In this document: positions 11,615-22,745 of the stretch, piece by piece | How positions within the stretch are numbered: the first letter of the stretch is position 1 | Layout of the letters: every line of letters begins with the position of its first letter | Source of the DNA: Lama guanicoe | Lineage: Eukaryota | Assembly: GCA_013239625.1 (NCBI GenBank) | Contig: MU053934.1 | Coordinates: 3,924,399 to 3,988,398, forward strand | Direction of reading: 5' to 3' | Length of the DNA: 64,000 nt | The notes under the pieces: generated by a model | Databases searched by the model: none | Seen by the model: the letters and a program-made list of their open reading frames with translations, nothing else | What the model was told of the DNA's origin: nothing | Program-made: the position numbers and the translations under genes

Positions 11615-12785
11615 TCACTTTATCCTTTTCTACTTTATTACTTCAAATTAACAACCACAATAAAGCTCAAAAAAGTCCAATATTTACACAGGAAAAAAGT
11701 ACAAAATTCCCCCCAAAGTTCTTCAGTATTTTTTTTCAGTTTTTTAAATTACAAAGTAATAAAAAGCTTTGCTCTTTAATTAAAAAAAAAAGAAAAAAAG
11801 GGGAAACAGAGGTAAATAAATTAGGAAATACACACAAGGGAAAAACAAACAAAAATGAAGTAAAAATGGGTGTTAAGGAGGAGGGATGGATAAACCCAGT
11901 TCCCAGCCCTGACCCTAGGCTCCTCCTCAGAGAGGCAGAATGCAGACAGGGGGGACCCCAGGTGAGTGTCAGGACCAGGAAATTAATTTATAACCCAGGA
12001 GTCAGATGCTTTCTGGAAGCAGTCTCCACAGATTCTGCCCTAAGACCAGGAAAGGGGGACCACAGGCTGACAGTCTCGGGGGTCAGTGGTGACGAGGACC
12101 CTCTGTGCCCTTCTTGAGGGACATGAAAGTCACCACCCACCCCCATGTCCATATTAGGGGGATGAGAACAGAAAGTTGGCCTGGTAGGTGGGTGGTGCAC
12201 CTGCTGTCCTGGGAGATACATACATACACGCTCACAAGGACTCTCGGCCCCACCACCTCACCATCCACTCAGGGTCTCCATGGAGAGGCAAAGAAGGGAC
12301 CCAAACACTCCAGGGGGCACTGGAAAAAGCCCAACACAGAAAGTCGGCCACCATCATCTCAGGGGGGTGGGGGCTGCACATGTCTCCTGTGGTTCTAAGG
12401 CTCACGAACACGCAGTGGGACCTGCCTCTGACCAACCAATCCATTCCCCCAGCTCCTTGGGCCACCTCCTGATGACCATGAGGACCCGCTGCATCTCTGG
12501 TGCAGAAATGTCCCCCTCCCAGCCATATCAGGTGTCGGCTGAGGTGGAGGCCTTGGTGTCTGGGGAGCATTTGGCAGCCTGAAGGTTGTGGGCAACGGGA
12601 AGTGCGAAGGGACGAGGATCCTCTGTGCTGAGGGCATCCCATCTTCTTGCCAGTGGCAAAAAGAAAAAAAAAAATCAAAACAAAATCCATCATCGGTTTT
12701 GTGCTGGGTTTTTTTCTTTTTGTTCTTTTGAGTGGTTTTTTCCCCCCATCTTCTTGATTTTTTAAAAGAAAATACAGTGAAGACA
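11615..12785 (-). other. CSNK1E: CSNK1E last exon (entirely 3'UTR)
   Basis: Acceptor cttctctctccccctttctag| at 12786/12785; U-rich UTR; AATAAA on the minus strand at 11639-11634. Cleavage site approximate. Confidence 0.8.
11634..11639 (-). terminator. CSNK1E: CSNK1E main polyadenylation signal AATAAA
   Basis: tttatt on the plus strand at the end of the AU-rich UTR block. Confidence 0.75.
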
Positions 12786-13648
12786 CTAGAAAGGGGGAGA
12801 GAGAAGACAGATCAGGTGCACAGCTGCCTCTGGCCACACATCCCCCAGCCACTGGCAGCTCATCTTCCTGCCCCCAGGGCTTGGAGCTGGTCCGTCTCTG
12901 GGATACATGGTTGGCCCCTCATTCTCACAAAGACATAGAAACTTTCTCCCTCCTCTTTTTGGTGAGCAGCAACCCAGCCTCACATCTGCCCCACCCTGCT
13001 CTGGATGGCTGGTTCCTCAGCCTGAGGTCTGACGAAGGTAAACCCTGATTCGTATCCCAGCGCTACCTGTGGGATGAACCCCGGCAAAGCAGATCACCCA
13101 GGACGTCCTCGTGTGACGTTGAGCCCGTGCAATGGAAGCTGCAGCCAGCCATGTATGTATTCTGCAGGGAGCTCAGACCTCCCAACACCCCCTCAAAGAA
13201 GCCCCTGCTGTTCCCCCCTACCCAACAGGGCCCCAGAGTGCAGAGCTGCTGTATGCCTCCTCAAGGCCTTGTGCAGCCACAGGAGTCCCACTGAGGCTCA
13301 CACTGCCCAGAGAGCCTTTCCTGGGCTTATGGAAGCCACCGAGGCCCTTCTTTGACAGCAGATAAACTCCTAAGTACACGGTCCTGTTCTAAGTGCTTTG
13401 CATGAATTTTGGGTTTAATAGCCCAAAAGCTGAGCCAGGGCTAAAGCCAACTTTCCAGAATAGTTAAGGTAAAGCGGGGATGGAGGGCTGGCCCCACAGC
13501 AAAGAGGTTTTCCAGCAGAAACTAGCCTGCTCAGAGCACACACACTGGTCTCCTCCTGGGGTCCTGTGTGTTTCTAGACCTGGCTGGGCTGCATCTGCAG
13601 CAGATACCCACTCACCTAAGTAAATACTGGTCCGATGGTGGCTCCTCC

Positions 13649-13681
13649 TCACTTCCCGAGGTGGTCAAATGGCACGCTTGT
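13649..13681 (-). CDS. CSNK1E: CK1-epsilon exon 10 coding part (TSVPFDHLGK*); the exon continues to 13616
   Basis: gaag|ACAAGCGTGCCATTTGACCACCTCGGGAAGTGA is the known CK1e C-terminus; donor TAG|GTGAGT at 13616/13615. Confidence 0.95.
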   Translation of the reverse strand, partial: TSVPFDHLGK

Positions 13682-14409
13682 CTTCGGTAGGGGAGGAAAA
13701 AGGGGGGTGGTGAGCTGCTAGCAACAGCAATTTGGCAAGTCTCTCCTCACTGTGGAGCCCCACTGCCACCCCTACCAGGGACCTCAAGCCAGGGGCAGTG
13801 GTGTGTGATCTCGAAGACCCAGGATGCTCCTGCTTTGTGGACAAGAACACTGCACAGACAGGCAAAGCAGCTGCTCTAGGACCACACGCAAGTTGAGCTA
13901 CTAGACTTGCAACTCACGGCCTGTCCTGCTGAGGCTCCTCCACCACAGGAAGGACCAGAGCAGGCCCCTCGCTCACCTCTGCCAGACCCCTTTCCTGGGC
14001 AACTCCGGATTCTCCCTTCCCAAGTTTCCTAGCCCAAATGTGGCCTCTATGTGTGGCCACCAGACAGAATCCTCCCATCCTTCCCTCCTGTGCTGACTGG
14101 GACCTTGCCGATGACAAGGACCATGAGCCACCTCACCCCTCCGCCACGAGCTCCCTAACGCCCACCCTGGACCCCTGACAGTGAGGGATGGGTCCCAGAT
14201 CTACCACCTGCTGGGACAAAATTACTACTCTAAGCTTCAGTTTTTGTCTTTGCTCACTGGGGCTACTCAGACCTCAGAGAATTGAATGAGAACACATTCC
14301 TGCTGAACCAAAGGGGTGACTACAGAGAATCAGCCGAGAGGAAAGAACAGAACTGGGGGGTGGTCTCTGGCTCAGCTGGGAGGCACAGAAGGCCTGGAGG
14401 GCAGCTCAC

Positions 14410-14549
14410 CTGTGAGGCTGAAATCCGGGAGACCTCTTGCCGCCCAGTGAGGTCGGAGGACGAGACATTGGCGGGCGCACCCCTGTGTAGCCTCATGCTC
14501 ACCTTCCTCTCTCTGTCGACCCGTGAGATCGCTCTGGGAGAAGTATTGC
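14410..14549 (-). CDS. CSNK1E: CK1-epsilon exon 9 ([46 protein letters not shown])
   Basis: 140 nt, AG/GT flanks, phase consistent with neighbours. Confidence 0.96.
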
Positions 14550-14644
14550 CTGGAGGGCAAGGCAGGGGGACGCTGCCCTCAGTATCCAGGGCCCTGGGGG
14601 CCCCACCCCTCAGGCCCCGCCCATGACTCAAGGTGCCCGCTCAC

Positions 14645-14837
14645 CAGCTTGCTGGATGCGGGAGGCAGGGGTGGAAGCCACAGGCTCGGCAGCGCTCCGG
14701 AGCCGGTTGGCAGTGGCCCCTGTGGGTGGGCCAGGGGGCAGGGCTCGTGTCGCGGACCCCCGGAGCTGCCCCATCCTCTCCTCGCGCTCGTGTTCTCGCC
14801 GCTCCCGGTCCACGTCCTCGGGGTTCCGGGCTGCACC
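14645..14837 (-). CDS. CSNK1E: CK1-epsilon exon 8 ([64 protein letters not shown])
   Basis: 193 nt, cacag|GGT...GCTG|gtgagc. Confidence 0.96.
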
Positions 14838-15642
14838 CTGTGGGCATGTGAGATGAGACCCGGTCAGCCCTATGAGGTCAGGGTGCTTTGGGATCCAGTA
14901 CTCCCATGGGGGCAGAGCAGGGGAAGGGAGGCCAGGTGGGTGTCTCAGGGAAGAGGCATCTCAGAAACCCTCTGGTCCAACCTCCCCCTTAACAAAGCAG
15001 GAAGCCCAAGAGACCTGGAAATGACCCATGATCATACAGTACAGAGAAACAAAGCCACATAACTGCCCGGAAGGAGGAAGCTGGACCTGAGAGGCAGAGG
15101 GAGGTCCCTGTGCCCTGGTCTCATGAGGGTGGAGTCAGAGTTGGTGGGCTAATGCCCCAGGGTGAACAAGGGCACTCCTTGGCCCTCCCAACCTGGGTCA
15201 CCTCCGTGTACAGAGGGCCCTCAACTCCTAAAGGTTTCCAAACACAGCAAGGCAGATGTTTAGAGGCCTGGAGAGAGAGTTACAAGGCTAGCTGAAGGCG
15301 GGGCCAGGACTCGAACCAGGTCTCCCAGTGCCTGGCCAGGGGATTTTTTCAAAGGGCTGCTCTTCTGCCCCTGGACCTGGCAATGGCTTCTGGCAAGTAG
15401 TGTAGGGGCCAAAACCAAGCCCAAGGGACCCACACAGATGATGCTTGCTTTGGGATGGGAGCAGAGAAGAAATGGGCTAGATGCCCCATGGAAGAAAAAG
15501 AGGCCCAGCAGACAGGCTGGGGCAGAAGGGGTGCATGAGCCCCAAGGGCCCTGCCCTCCAGCCACTGCCAACCCCTGTGCAGGAGGAAAGGAGAAAGGCC
15601 CAGAGAGGAGCACAGTGTGAGAGCGGCGCCCAGCCGCATTAC

Positions 15643-15703
15643 CTAGTTGGTCCTGGGGTCGTCCACAGGGAAGGGCGGGGGGCTGGCATGAGGGGGGCCG
15701 CAT
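15643..15703 (-). CDS. CSNK1E: Candidate 61-nt frameshifting cassette exon of CSNK1E (MRPPSCQPPALPCGRPQDQL+G)
   Basis: Acceptor ctctctcctccacag|ATG and donor CTAG|GTAATG; in phase with exon 7; leads into a stop-free alternative frame of exons 8-10. Confidence 0.7.
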
Positions 15704-17184
15704 CTGTGGAGGAGAGAGCTGCGGGCTGAGTTGGGGGCCTGCTCATGGGCCACAGGGTACGGGCTCCTCCAACCCTGACTCTCCCAGGGAACTGGCCGAG
15801 AAGGCCCTGCTGTTCTTGAGAGATGGGGTAGCCCTCAACTTTAAGCAATTCCAGGAGGTAGTGGCTAGGAATCAGGGCAATCTCTGAATCCTAGTGAGGA
15901 ACCAAGGCCCAGAAAAGCCACGTGATCCTCCTCCTGGGGCCACAAAGCTCAGGGCAGAGCTGGGATATGAACCCAGGCCTCTGCCACCCAGTCTTGCTCT
16001 GCTCTCTGCACCCACAGAGGACCTAGCAGAACATTCTAGGGATACACATCCTCAGTCCTCCCACCCACCAGCCTGTCCAAACAGGCCTGGAAGCACCTGG
16101 GCTCCATCCTCTGACCTTCAGTTCTCACTCTGGGCTCCCACCCATTCAGTTATTGACTGGCAAATAGAGGAGCTCAGCCAGCAGCACAGCAAAGTCGAGT
16201 GACAAGAGCTGCAGCACCACTTATTAAACACCCTGTGAGCAGAGGGCACACCAACCCTGCAAGGGTTGGGGAAACAGGCTCAGTGAAGCCAAGTGATACA
16301 CTCAGAAATGCACAGTCCAGGGGTCATGGTTGAGCAGAGCGCTCAAGTCCCTGTCCTTTGTGACACAGCAGGCTCAGGCCACTGCAGCCCTGCAGCAGGA
16401 GGAAGTGAGCCACACTCTCCACGTTTCCATCCAACCCAAGTGATGCCTCAAGAAACGCACACCAGGGAGGTCTCTTGGCTTTTATTTGCCCACAAGAAAA
16501 CACAAAAGGTCAACATCAAAGTCACACAAGCATCCACCCATGTCTGCGTGGACCCATCCTTGCCCATGTTGAGTTTCCACCTGGCCGGCTAGTTGGACCT
16601 CGGATCGCAGTGGCTGCGTGCTGACAGCAGCATCCTAGGCTGCAGGGATTCCAGGGCACTGATGTCAAATGATACGGGATGGCTGCTCTGAGGAGGGAAG
16701 CTCTCAGTCAAGGGAGGAATCCTTCTCATGGGAGAGTCTGCCGCCCGTGGTGCTCAGCAATGTGTCCAGTCTGCTGGTTGGTGCTAGTGAAGACTTCCTG
16801 CAGAGGAAGGTGATGTGGGAGGGGCTTGGCCTCAGGGTCCCCATCTTGTGTCTGAAGATGCTGCTGTCAGGGACGGCTGGAGGTGGTCAAGCTCACCGTG
16901 GTGGTGATGGAGTGGAAGATGCCCACTTATCCAGTCCGATGGCCCTCAAGTCAGAGATCCATGCAAGGTAAGGCTACTGGCACCGCTGCTCAGCTTCTGA
17001 CTTCAGGGCCTGCCTCGAAAGGAACCCCAGGAGTGGATCAGGGTGCCAGCAATGGGTGGAGAGGGTGCTCCTGGCATGGCTTGAGACAAGATCTTGTCAG
17101 CTGGACAGTCCCATGTGAGGCTCTGTGAGGAGCCATCTGGAGTAGCAGGTCCCACAAAACCTTCTGTGATGATGGACGTGTTCA

Positions 17185-17346
17185 CCTCTGACTTGCTGGA
17201 ATACGGTAGCCATTAGCCAGCTACTCGTGGCTCCTAAGAACTTTAAACGTGGCCAATGCGACTAAAAAAGTATGTTTTCAGCTTTGATTAACTTTAAGTA
17301 AAAATGAGCCACAGATACCCAGGGGCTACCATACTGGGGGGCACAG
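17185..17346. mobile_element. MER3-like hAT DNA transposon relic
   Basis: aatacggtagccattagcca...gtggccaatgcgactaa...agccaca...ggctaccatactgg. Confidence 0.6.
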
Positions 17347-18036
17347 GCCCAGACAATGCAAAATCCATTCTCGGAGCTCTACCAAAAGAAACGGCCAGAT
17401 CTAGCCCAGAACCCGACTCAGGAATGACTTTCTACATGGATGAGTGAGTGCCCGAATGCCCTGAGCAGTGCCCTGGAATGGGAAGAGCCAGCCCTGGGCC
17501 ATGCCCCCAGCTAGAAGGTCTGAGGTGAAAAGTGCCCCATCACGCACCTCCCACCCCTAGGGTCCTTTGGCCCCTGGAACCCCCAACCTCTGTTTCATTC
17601 CTTAAGAAACAGTATCAGACTGCTGTCTGAGAGTCCGAGAGACGAGGGGCACAAGACCGAGTGCCCATCCCAGCATCCAGGAGAACAAGGCCTCTGTCCT
17701 CAGCATCTGGCAGAGCGGGCCCAGGGCGCCCGCCAAGAAACGAGAGGCACACCAGGATGAAACGCGGTCCAGGTGGGGGCATTTAATGAGCTCACGTTCA
17801 ATACAGAGGCCACCAACAGGGTCTGGCTGAGGCTGCTGCTGGTGCCTGTTCCCACCAGGCCCTCCAGGGCAGTGAACATCATCCCTCCTTCAGGCTCTGT
17901 TCGTCAGGCAGCTGATTCATCCCCAAGAATCTCGCCGCAGAGACTTCTCCGCCATGCCCTCTCCACTGTATCCCCACCATGCCAAGGGACGTCTCCTCGG
18001 GCCAGGCCCCGATGGGCTCAGGCACACCTGGTGATG

Positions 18037-18151
18037 TCAGAACTGGGGCCCTGGAGTCCAGACCACAGGCCAGTAGTTTGGGGGGGGCAGCTCTTCCACC
18101 TCCTCCACGGGCCTATCTGGAGGGCCCTGGGTGCCCAGAGGCGCCGGGCAC
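18037..18151 (-). CDS. CSNK1E: Candidate alternative terminal exon of CSNK1E (CPAPLGTQGPPDRPVEEVEELPPPNYWPVVWTPGPQF*)
   Basis: Acceptor ctctctctgtcccttccag|G; phase matches the 104-nt exon upstream; ATTAAA at 17787-17782 followed by a GU/U-rich tract. Confidence 0.65.
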
Positions 18152-18257
18152 CTGGAAGGGACAGAGAGAGCAAGCAGAGGCTCAGCCTCTTGTGCCCGCT
18201 GGGTTAAGCTGGCCAAGTGGTAAGTCTTGGAGAGGCCAGGTCTTGGAGGCTCCTTAC

Positions 18258-18361
18258 CAGTATGTGGGTGGGTATGTGGGCCCGGCACAGGGACGAGGGT
18301 GGGGACAGGGCAGTGCAATAGCTTCACTGTCACGGGGCTGAGCCTGGCTTGAGGAAGCCCT
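18258..18361 (-). CDS. CSNK1E: Candidate alternative exon of CSNK1E (RASSSQAQPRDSEAIALPCPHPRPCAGPTYPPTY+W)
   Basis: Acceptor ctcttctggaaaag| and donor ACTG|GTAAGG; 104 nt open in phase with exon 7. Confidence 0.6.
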
Positions 18362-18953
18362 CTTTTCCAGAAGAGACGTGAAGCAAGACACAGGATGTCA
18401 CACATTCCGGAGCTCCAGGCCCAGCTGACGAACGCTTCTCCCCGCCCCACCCCCAAGATTCTTAAAAAAGAGAGAGAGAAGAGGCACCTAGCAAGACCCA
18501 GGGTCCCATGACCAAGAAGAAGGAAACCACAATGAATGGGTCCAGGCTGGCCAAAGGGGCCTGAGTGAAGGCGGCCACCTGGGATGTGCAGAACAACAAG
18601 AGCAGGATGGTGTAGGCCGCAATCAAGACAGCGGGGGGGCCTGCCAGCGCCATCCAGGCCCCGCCACGGGCACCTAGGAGGGATCTGAGGCCCAGCCAGG
18701 CCCTCTTGGGTCCAGCGGGAGGTGATGCTCTGCCTGGGCCCTGCTGACCACAGCGGCATATGCCATCAGCATCGATGAGGCTGGGGCAAGGGGAGCATGG
18801 AGGCTCTGAGACCCCCATGAGATCACTTGCACTGTTCAGCTCAAAGCTCCCATGTTCTGGGAGCCCCGCCCGCCACAGGGCCACTTTAGCCTCATGAATC
18901 AGGGTCTCCCCAGTCCAGTCCCCCAAGCCCGCCTCGGCCTCCAGGTGACTCAC

Positions 18954-19102
18954 GAATTTGAGCATGTTCCAGTCGAAGACGTAGTCGTAGGAGAAGCCCT
19001 GCCGGTGGAAGAGGTTGCGGAAGAGCTGGCGCAGGTAGGAGTAGTCGGGCTTGTCGTCGAACCGCAGGGAGCGGCAGAAGTTGAGGTATGTTGAGAACTC
19101 AG
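18954..19102 (-). CDS. CSNK1E: CK1-epsilon exon 7 ([49 protein letters not shown])
   Basis: 149 nt, end of the kinase domain, canonical splice sites. Confidence 0.97.
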
Positions 19103-19340
19103 CTGGAGGGGGGACAGAGGGGCCGCTGTGAGGCTCATGCTCCCAGGGCCCCCAGCAGCCAGCACTGTCCTATCCAGCCACTGTCCCTCCAAATACTTTT
19201 GGTCTAAGAGGGGGCAAGACGACATCTAAGAGATTGTCCTCCTTATGACAATCAGTAGCCCAGAGCCCGACGGGAACACTAAGCCACAGGAGGAAAACTT
19301 CCATTTCCTCCTCTGAAAATTAGGGGTGAGAGAGGGCCCT

Positions 19341-20160
19341 TGTGAGACAACAGAAAATAAATATATTGGTCCCTGCCCCTGGATCCTCGCACAGGGCTCC
19401 TAAAACCCTCGTAATTTCCTAAGTGGTAAGAGCACTTTTGCTCTAAGGAGGAGACTGTGGGTGGGCTCCTGGAAGGGGCCCTGTCACCAGAATGACCAAG
19501 CCATCATTAGAGACTTGGAACGTCCAGCCCCCACCCCTACTCACTTCTCTAGAGAAGGGAGAGGGGCTGGAAACGGAGTTAGTGATCGCTCATGCCATGA
19601 TGAAGCCTCCATAAAAATCCCGAGAGTGTGGGGTTTGAAGGGCCTCCTGGCTGGTAAACTCTTCAGGAGGATGACACACCCCAACGCTATGGGAACAGAA
19701 GCTCCTGTGTTCCGGACCCTTCCAGGCCTCACCCCATGTATCTCTTCAACTGGCTGTTCATCCGCATCCTTTATCATACCTTTTCATAAACTGATATTTC
19801 TCTGAGTTCTGTGAGCCAGACTGATTGAATCTGAGGAGGAAATCACGGAAACCTCAGATTCATAGCCAATCGCGCAGAAGTACCGGTGGCAACCAGGACT
19901 CGTGACTGGCACCGGAAGTGTGGTGGGAACAGGCCGTGGAACTAAGCCTTCAACCTACGGGACCTGATGCTATCTCAGGTAGACAGCGTCAAAACTGAGT
20001 GAAACCATAGGACACCCAACTGGTGTCACACAGAACTGCTTGGTGAGGGGAAAAAACCCCACACCTTTGCAGATCAAAAGTATCAGAAGTGACGTGTTCT
20101 GTGGGAGGAGTGAGGGAGCCCCCCAGGAGGAGGAAGGACTAGAGTTTTCCCTAATACTCA
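19341..20160 (+). mobile_element. ERVL-type solo LTR (MER21-like) in intron 6
   Basis: Blocks such as gctcctaaaaccct, gagaggggctgg, gaagcctccataaaaatccc, acagaagctcctgtgttccggacccttccaggcctcacccc, atctcaggtagacagcgtca, ggacacccaactggtgtc. Confidence 0.75.
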
Positions 20161-20377
20161 GCCGCTGAGAGGGGAGGCAGGAGCGTGGGTCAGGAGACAC
20201 TTGGTATTTACCAGCCAGGCCTCCTAGCTGTGCCTGAATAGCAACAGAGAGCCTGTGATTAATGTTCTGGTGCCGGGGCAGTGGTGGCCCATGACGGCTC
20301 TCTGTGGCCCCATCTGCCCCGCAGGAAAGGCCTCCGGGGTCCCAGGTAACCACCCCACCCCTCCCCCGGCTACTCAC

Positions 20378-20548
20378 AGGGGTAGCCTTTGCAGAGGACC
20401 TCGATGGGCGTCGACATCTTCTTCTCGCTGATGCGCTCGTACTTCTGGCGCTTGGTGGCCGCCTTGAGGCCCTGCCAGGGCAGGGAGCCCAGGTTGAAGT
20501 ACATGAGCACGTAGCCCAGACTCTCCAGGTCATCTCGACGGCTTTGCT
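20378..20548 (-). CDS. CSNK1E: CK1-epsilon exon 6 ([56 protein letters not shown])
   Basis: 171 nt, CK1 signature motifs SRRDDLE and LPWQGLKA. Confidence 0.98.
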
Positions 20549-21108
20549 CTGCAGAGTCAAGGATAAGGTGAGGGGCAGGGTCCACTCAGGCTCCTGGTTT
20601 ATGGGGGCCAGGACCCCTTTCTCCAGGACACGCTCCTCGATTGAGGGGAACAACCCACCCTGTGCACCCAGTATGGGTCTCCCTTTGTCACATACCATTT
20701 TGTTGCAGCCCCATTACAAACAGGCACAGTTATCACCCTCTTCTGCAGAGAAGGGGCCTGAGGCTGAGCTTTTTAAAATTCAATCTAGGCCTCGTTCTTC
20801 CAACTCAGGCAGTTAATCATTCAACAGCTGTGCAGTGGGCCCCCGGTGCCTCCTTGCCTGGCAAGGTAAGGCACAAGCAGACAGAGCTAGGGACAAATCT
20901 AACTTGAGCACTTGCTAAGCTGTATGACCTTAAGCAGTCTGTGTTACCCTGTGAGCCTCGCTCATCCAGGCTACTGTAGGGATGAAAGAAGGCATGGCAC
21001 GATGCTTGGCACGATGCTTGGCACATGGCAACTACTCTCAGGAAGAAGACCTGCCTTGGTGGCCAGCAGCTCACGGGTGCACTTTGCTCCTGGGTCCCTC
21101 TCACTCAC

Positions 21109-21337
21109 CGATGCCCAGGTGGGTGTTGATGGAGGCGTAGCGGGCAGTGCCAGTCAAGTTCTTGTTTTCCCGGTAGGGGATGTGCTGGTGGGTGCGGGCA
21201 TCCCGGTACTTCTTGGCCAGGCCAAAGTCAATGATGTACACCAGGTTGCCCTTCTTTCCCAGCCCCATAAGGAAGTTGTCGGGCTTGACGTCCCGGTGTA
21301 TGAAGTTCTTGGAGTGGATGTACTCAATGCGGCTGAT
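21109..21337 (-). CDS. CSNK1E: CK1-epsilon exon 5 (catalytic loop [22 protein letters not shown])
   Basis: 229 nt, ctccag|ATC...ATCG|gtgagt. Confidence 0.98.
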
Positions 21338-22596
21338 CTGGAGGAGTGGAAAGCAAGTCATTCAGCAAGTGTTCGTTCCATGGAGGGGCTTCACCAAGCT
21401 CTCTGGGCCAGGCCCTGGACTGCGGGTGAGGGCTGGGGCCGTAGAGATGGAAAACACATCCATGGGCGGGGGAGAAAGATCAGTCTGCAACAATGTATAA
21501 TGATTTCAAGGGGCAAGTCAAAGAAGGCTTCCTGGAGGAAGCCATATTAGAGAGGAACTCTGAAGAAGGAGTTCACCAAGTTTTCTGTGACACAGGGAAA
21601 GAGAGCAAGGTAGGAAAGTGAATGGCAAGATCTAGAAATGAAGCCCAGAAAAGCATTCTCCTGCCCGGCTCTATACCCTCGTAGGACATGAGAGGTCCTC
21701 AAGGAACCAGAGAGGCATTTCAAAGGTTGAAGCCTTAACTTGGTAGGGGTGACAGAGATGGAGCACACACAGCCAGGATTTGTCCCCTGGCTTCCAGAGG
21801 ACACCAAAGCCAGACAGACACACAGGCCCTTGTCTTCGTTTAAACAATGTTTAAAAAACTTAAATTAACATCTATACACACAGTATGTCCTCTGGCAGGT
21901 TGGTCCCCTCATTGGGACTCAGGCTTCCAAGTATTTCCTAAACCTTTGAGTCTTCTGTCCTGTGAGACTCTAACAATCCTCCTCTGCACACACACACTTA
22001 GCCTAAAATTGAAGGATGTTTGCAGACTTTCTGTAGAGCGACCACAGACACAGACCCCTATGCAACACGACCTCCATATACTATTCCAGGGCTAAAATGC
22101 TATGCTTTTTTTCTCTTTTTTAAGTTTCCCTCCCTTGAATTTATAAAGGACTTAAGGACTGCTCATCCATGGGTGCTGCTCTGGTCCAGGCACTGCATGG
22201 TATCCCACTGGACCCCACAACAACCAAACAATGGGGAAATGCTCCTGAGATGACTGAGGCCCAACAGTTCACCTCTGGTCACTGCATGTGGACATGACCC
22301 AGTTCACCTGAGGGCAGAGTCCCAGGCCTTCCCCGGGACCCAGCTCAGTAGGTCTGGAGCTGGAACTGGGAATCTGCATTTTAACACACACTCTCAGCCC
22401 TACCCCCATGGCTGATGGTCAAAGTTCCCAGGTCCTGGTCCAGGAACCTGGCCTGTCCTGTGTCACTGTCACTGCCTCCTGCTCCAGCATCCTCCAGATG
22501 AATACCCAGTGCCCAATAGCACGATGGGGAAGAGGAGGTTGAAAGGGAAGCAAGGAGCCCACAGGGCCCACAGTCCTCAGTCTGGGTGGGACTCAC

Positions 22597-22745
22597 CATC
22601 TGGTCGGCCAGGAGCAGCACCGTCTTGAGGCTGAACTTGCGGGAGCAGAAGTTGAAGAGGTCCTCGAGGCTGGGCCCCAGCAGCTCCATGACCATCACGT
22701 TGTAGTCACCCTCGGCCCCGCACCACTTGATGGATGGGATTCCCA
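22597..22745 (-). CDS. CSNK1E: CK1-epsilon exon 4 ([49 protein letters not shown])
   Basis: 149 nt. GIPSIKW is the epsilon form (delta has GIPTIRW). Confidence 0.98.

Noticed and set aside
21109..21337. Possible clock-mutant substitution or pseudogenisation of CSNK1E
   Set aside because: The catalytic motifs and the Arg of LTGTARYAS (hamster tau site R178) are intact, and the spliced CDS is a full 416 aa.
20912..21550. 212-aa plus-strand ORF (and similar ones at 20304-20816, 18852-19094 and 22734-23316)
   Set aside because: Antisense shadows of GC-rich CSNK1E exons; no independent protein features.
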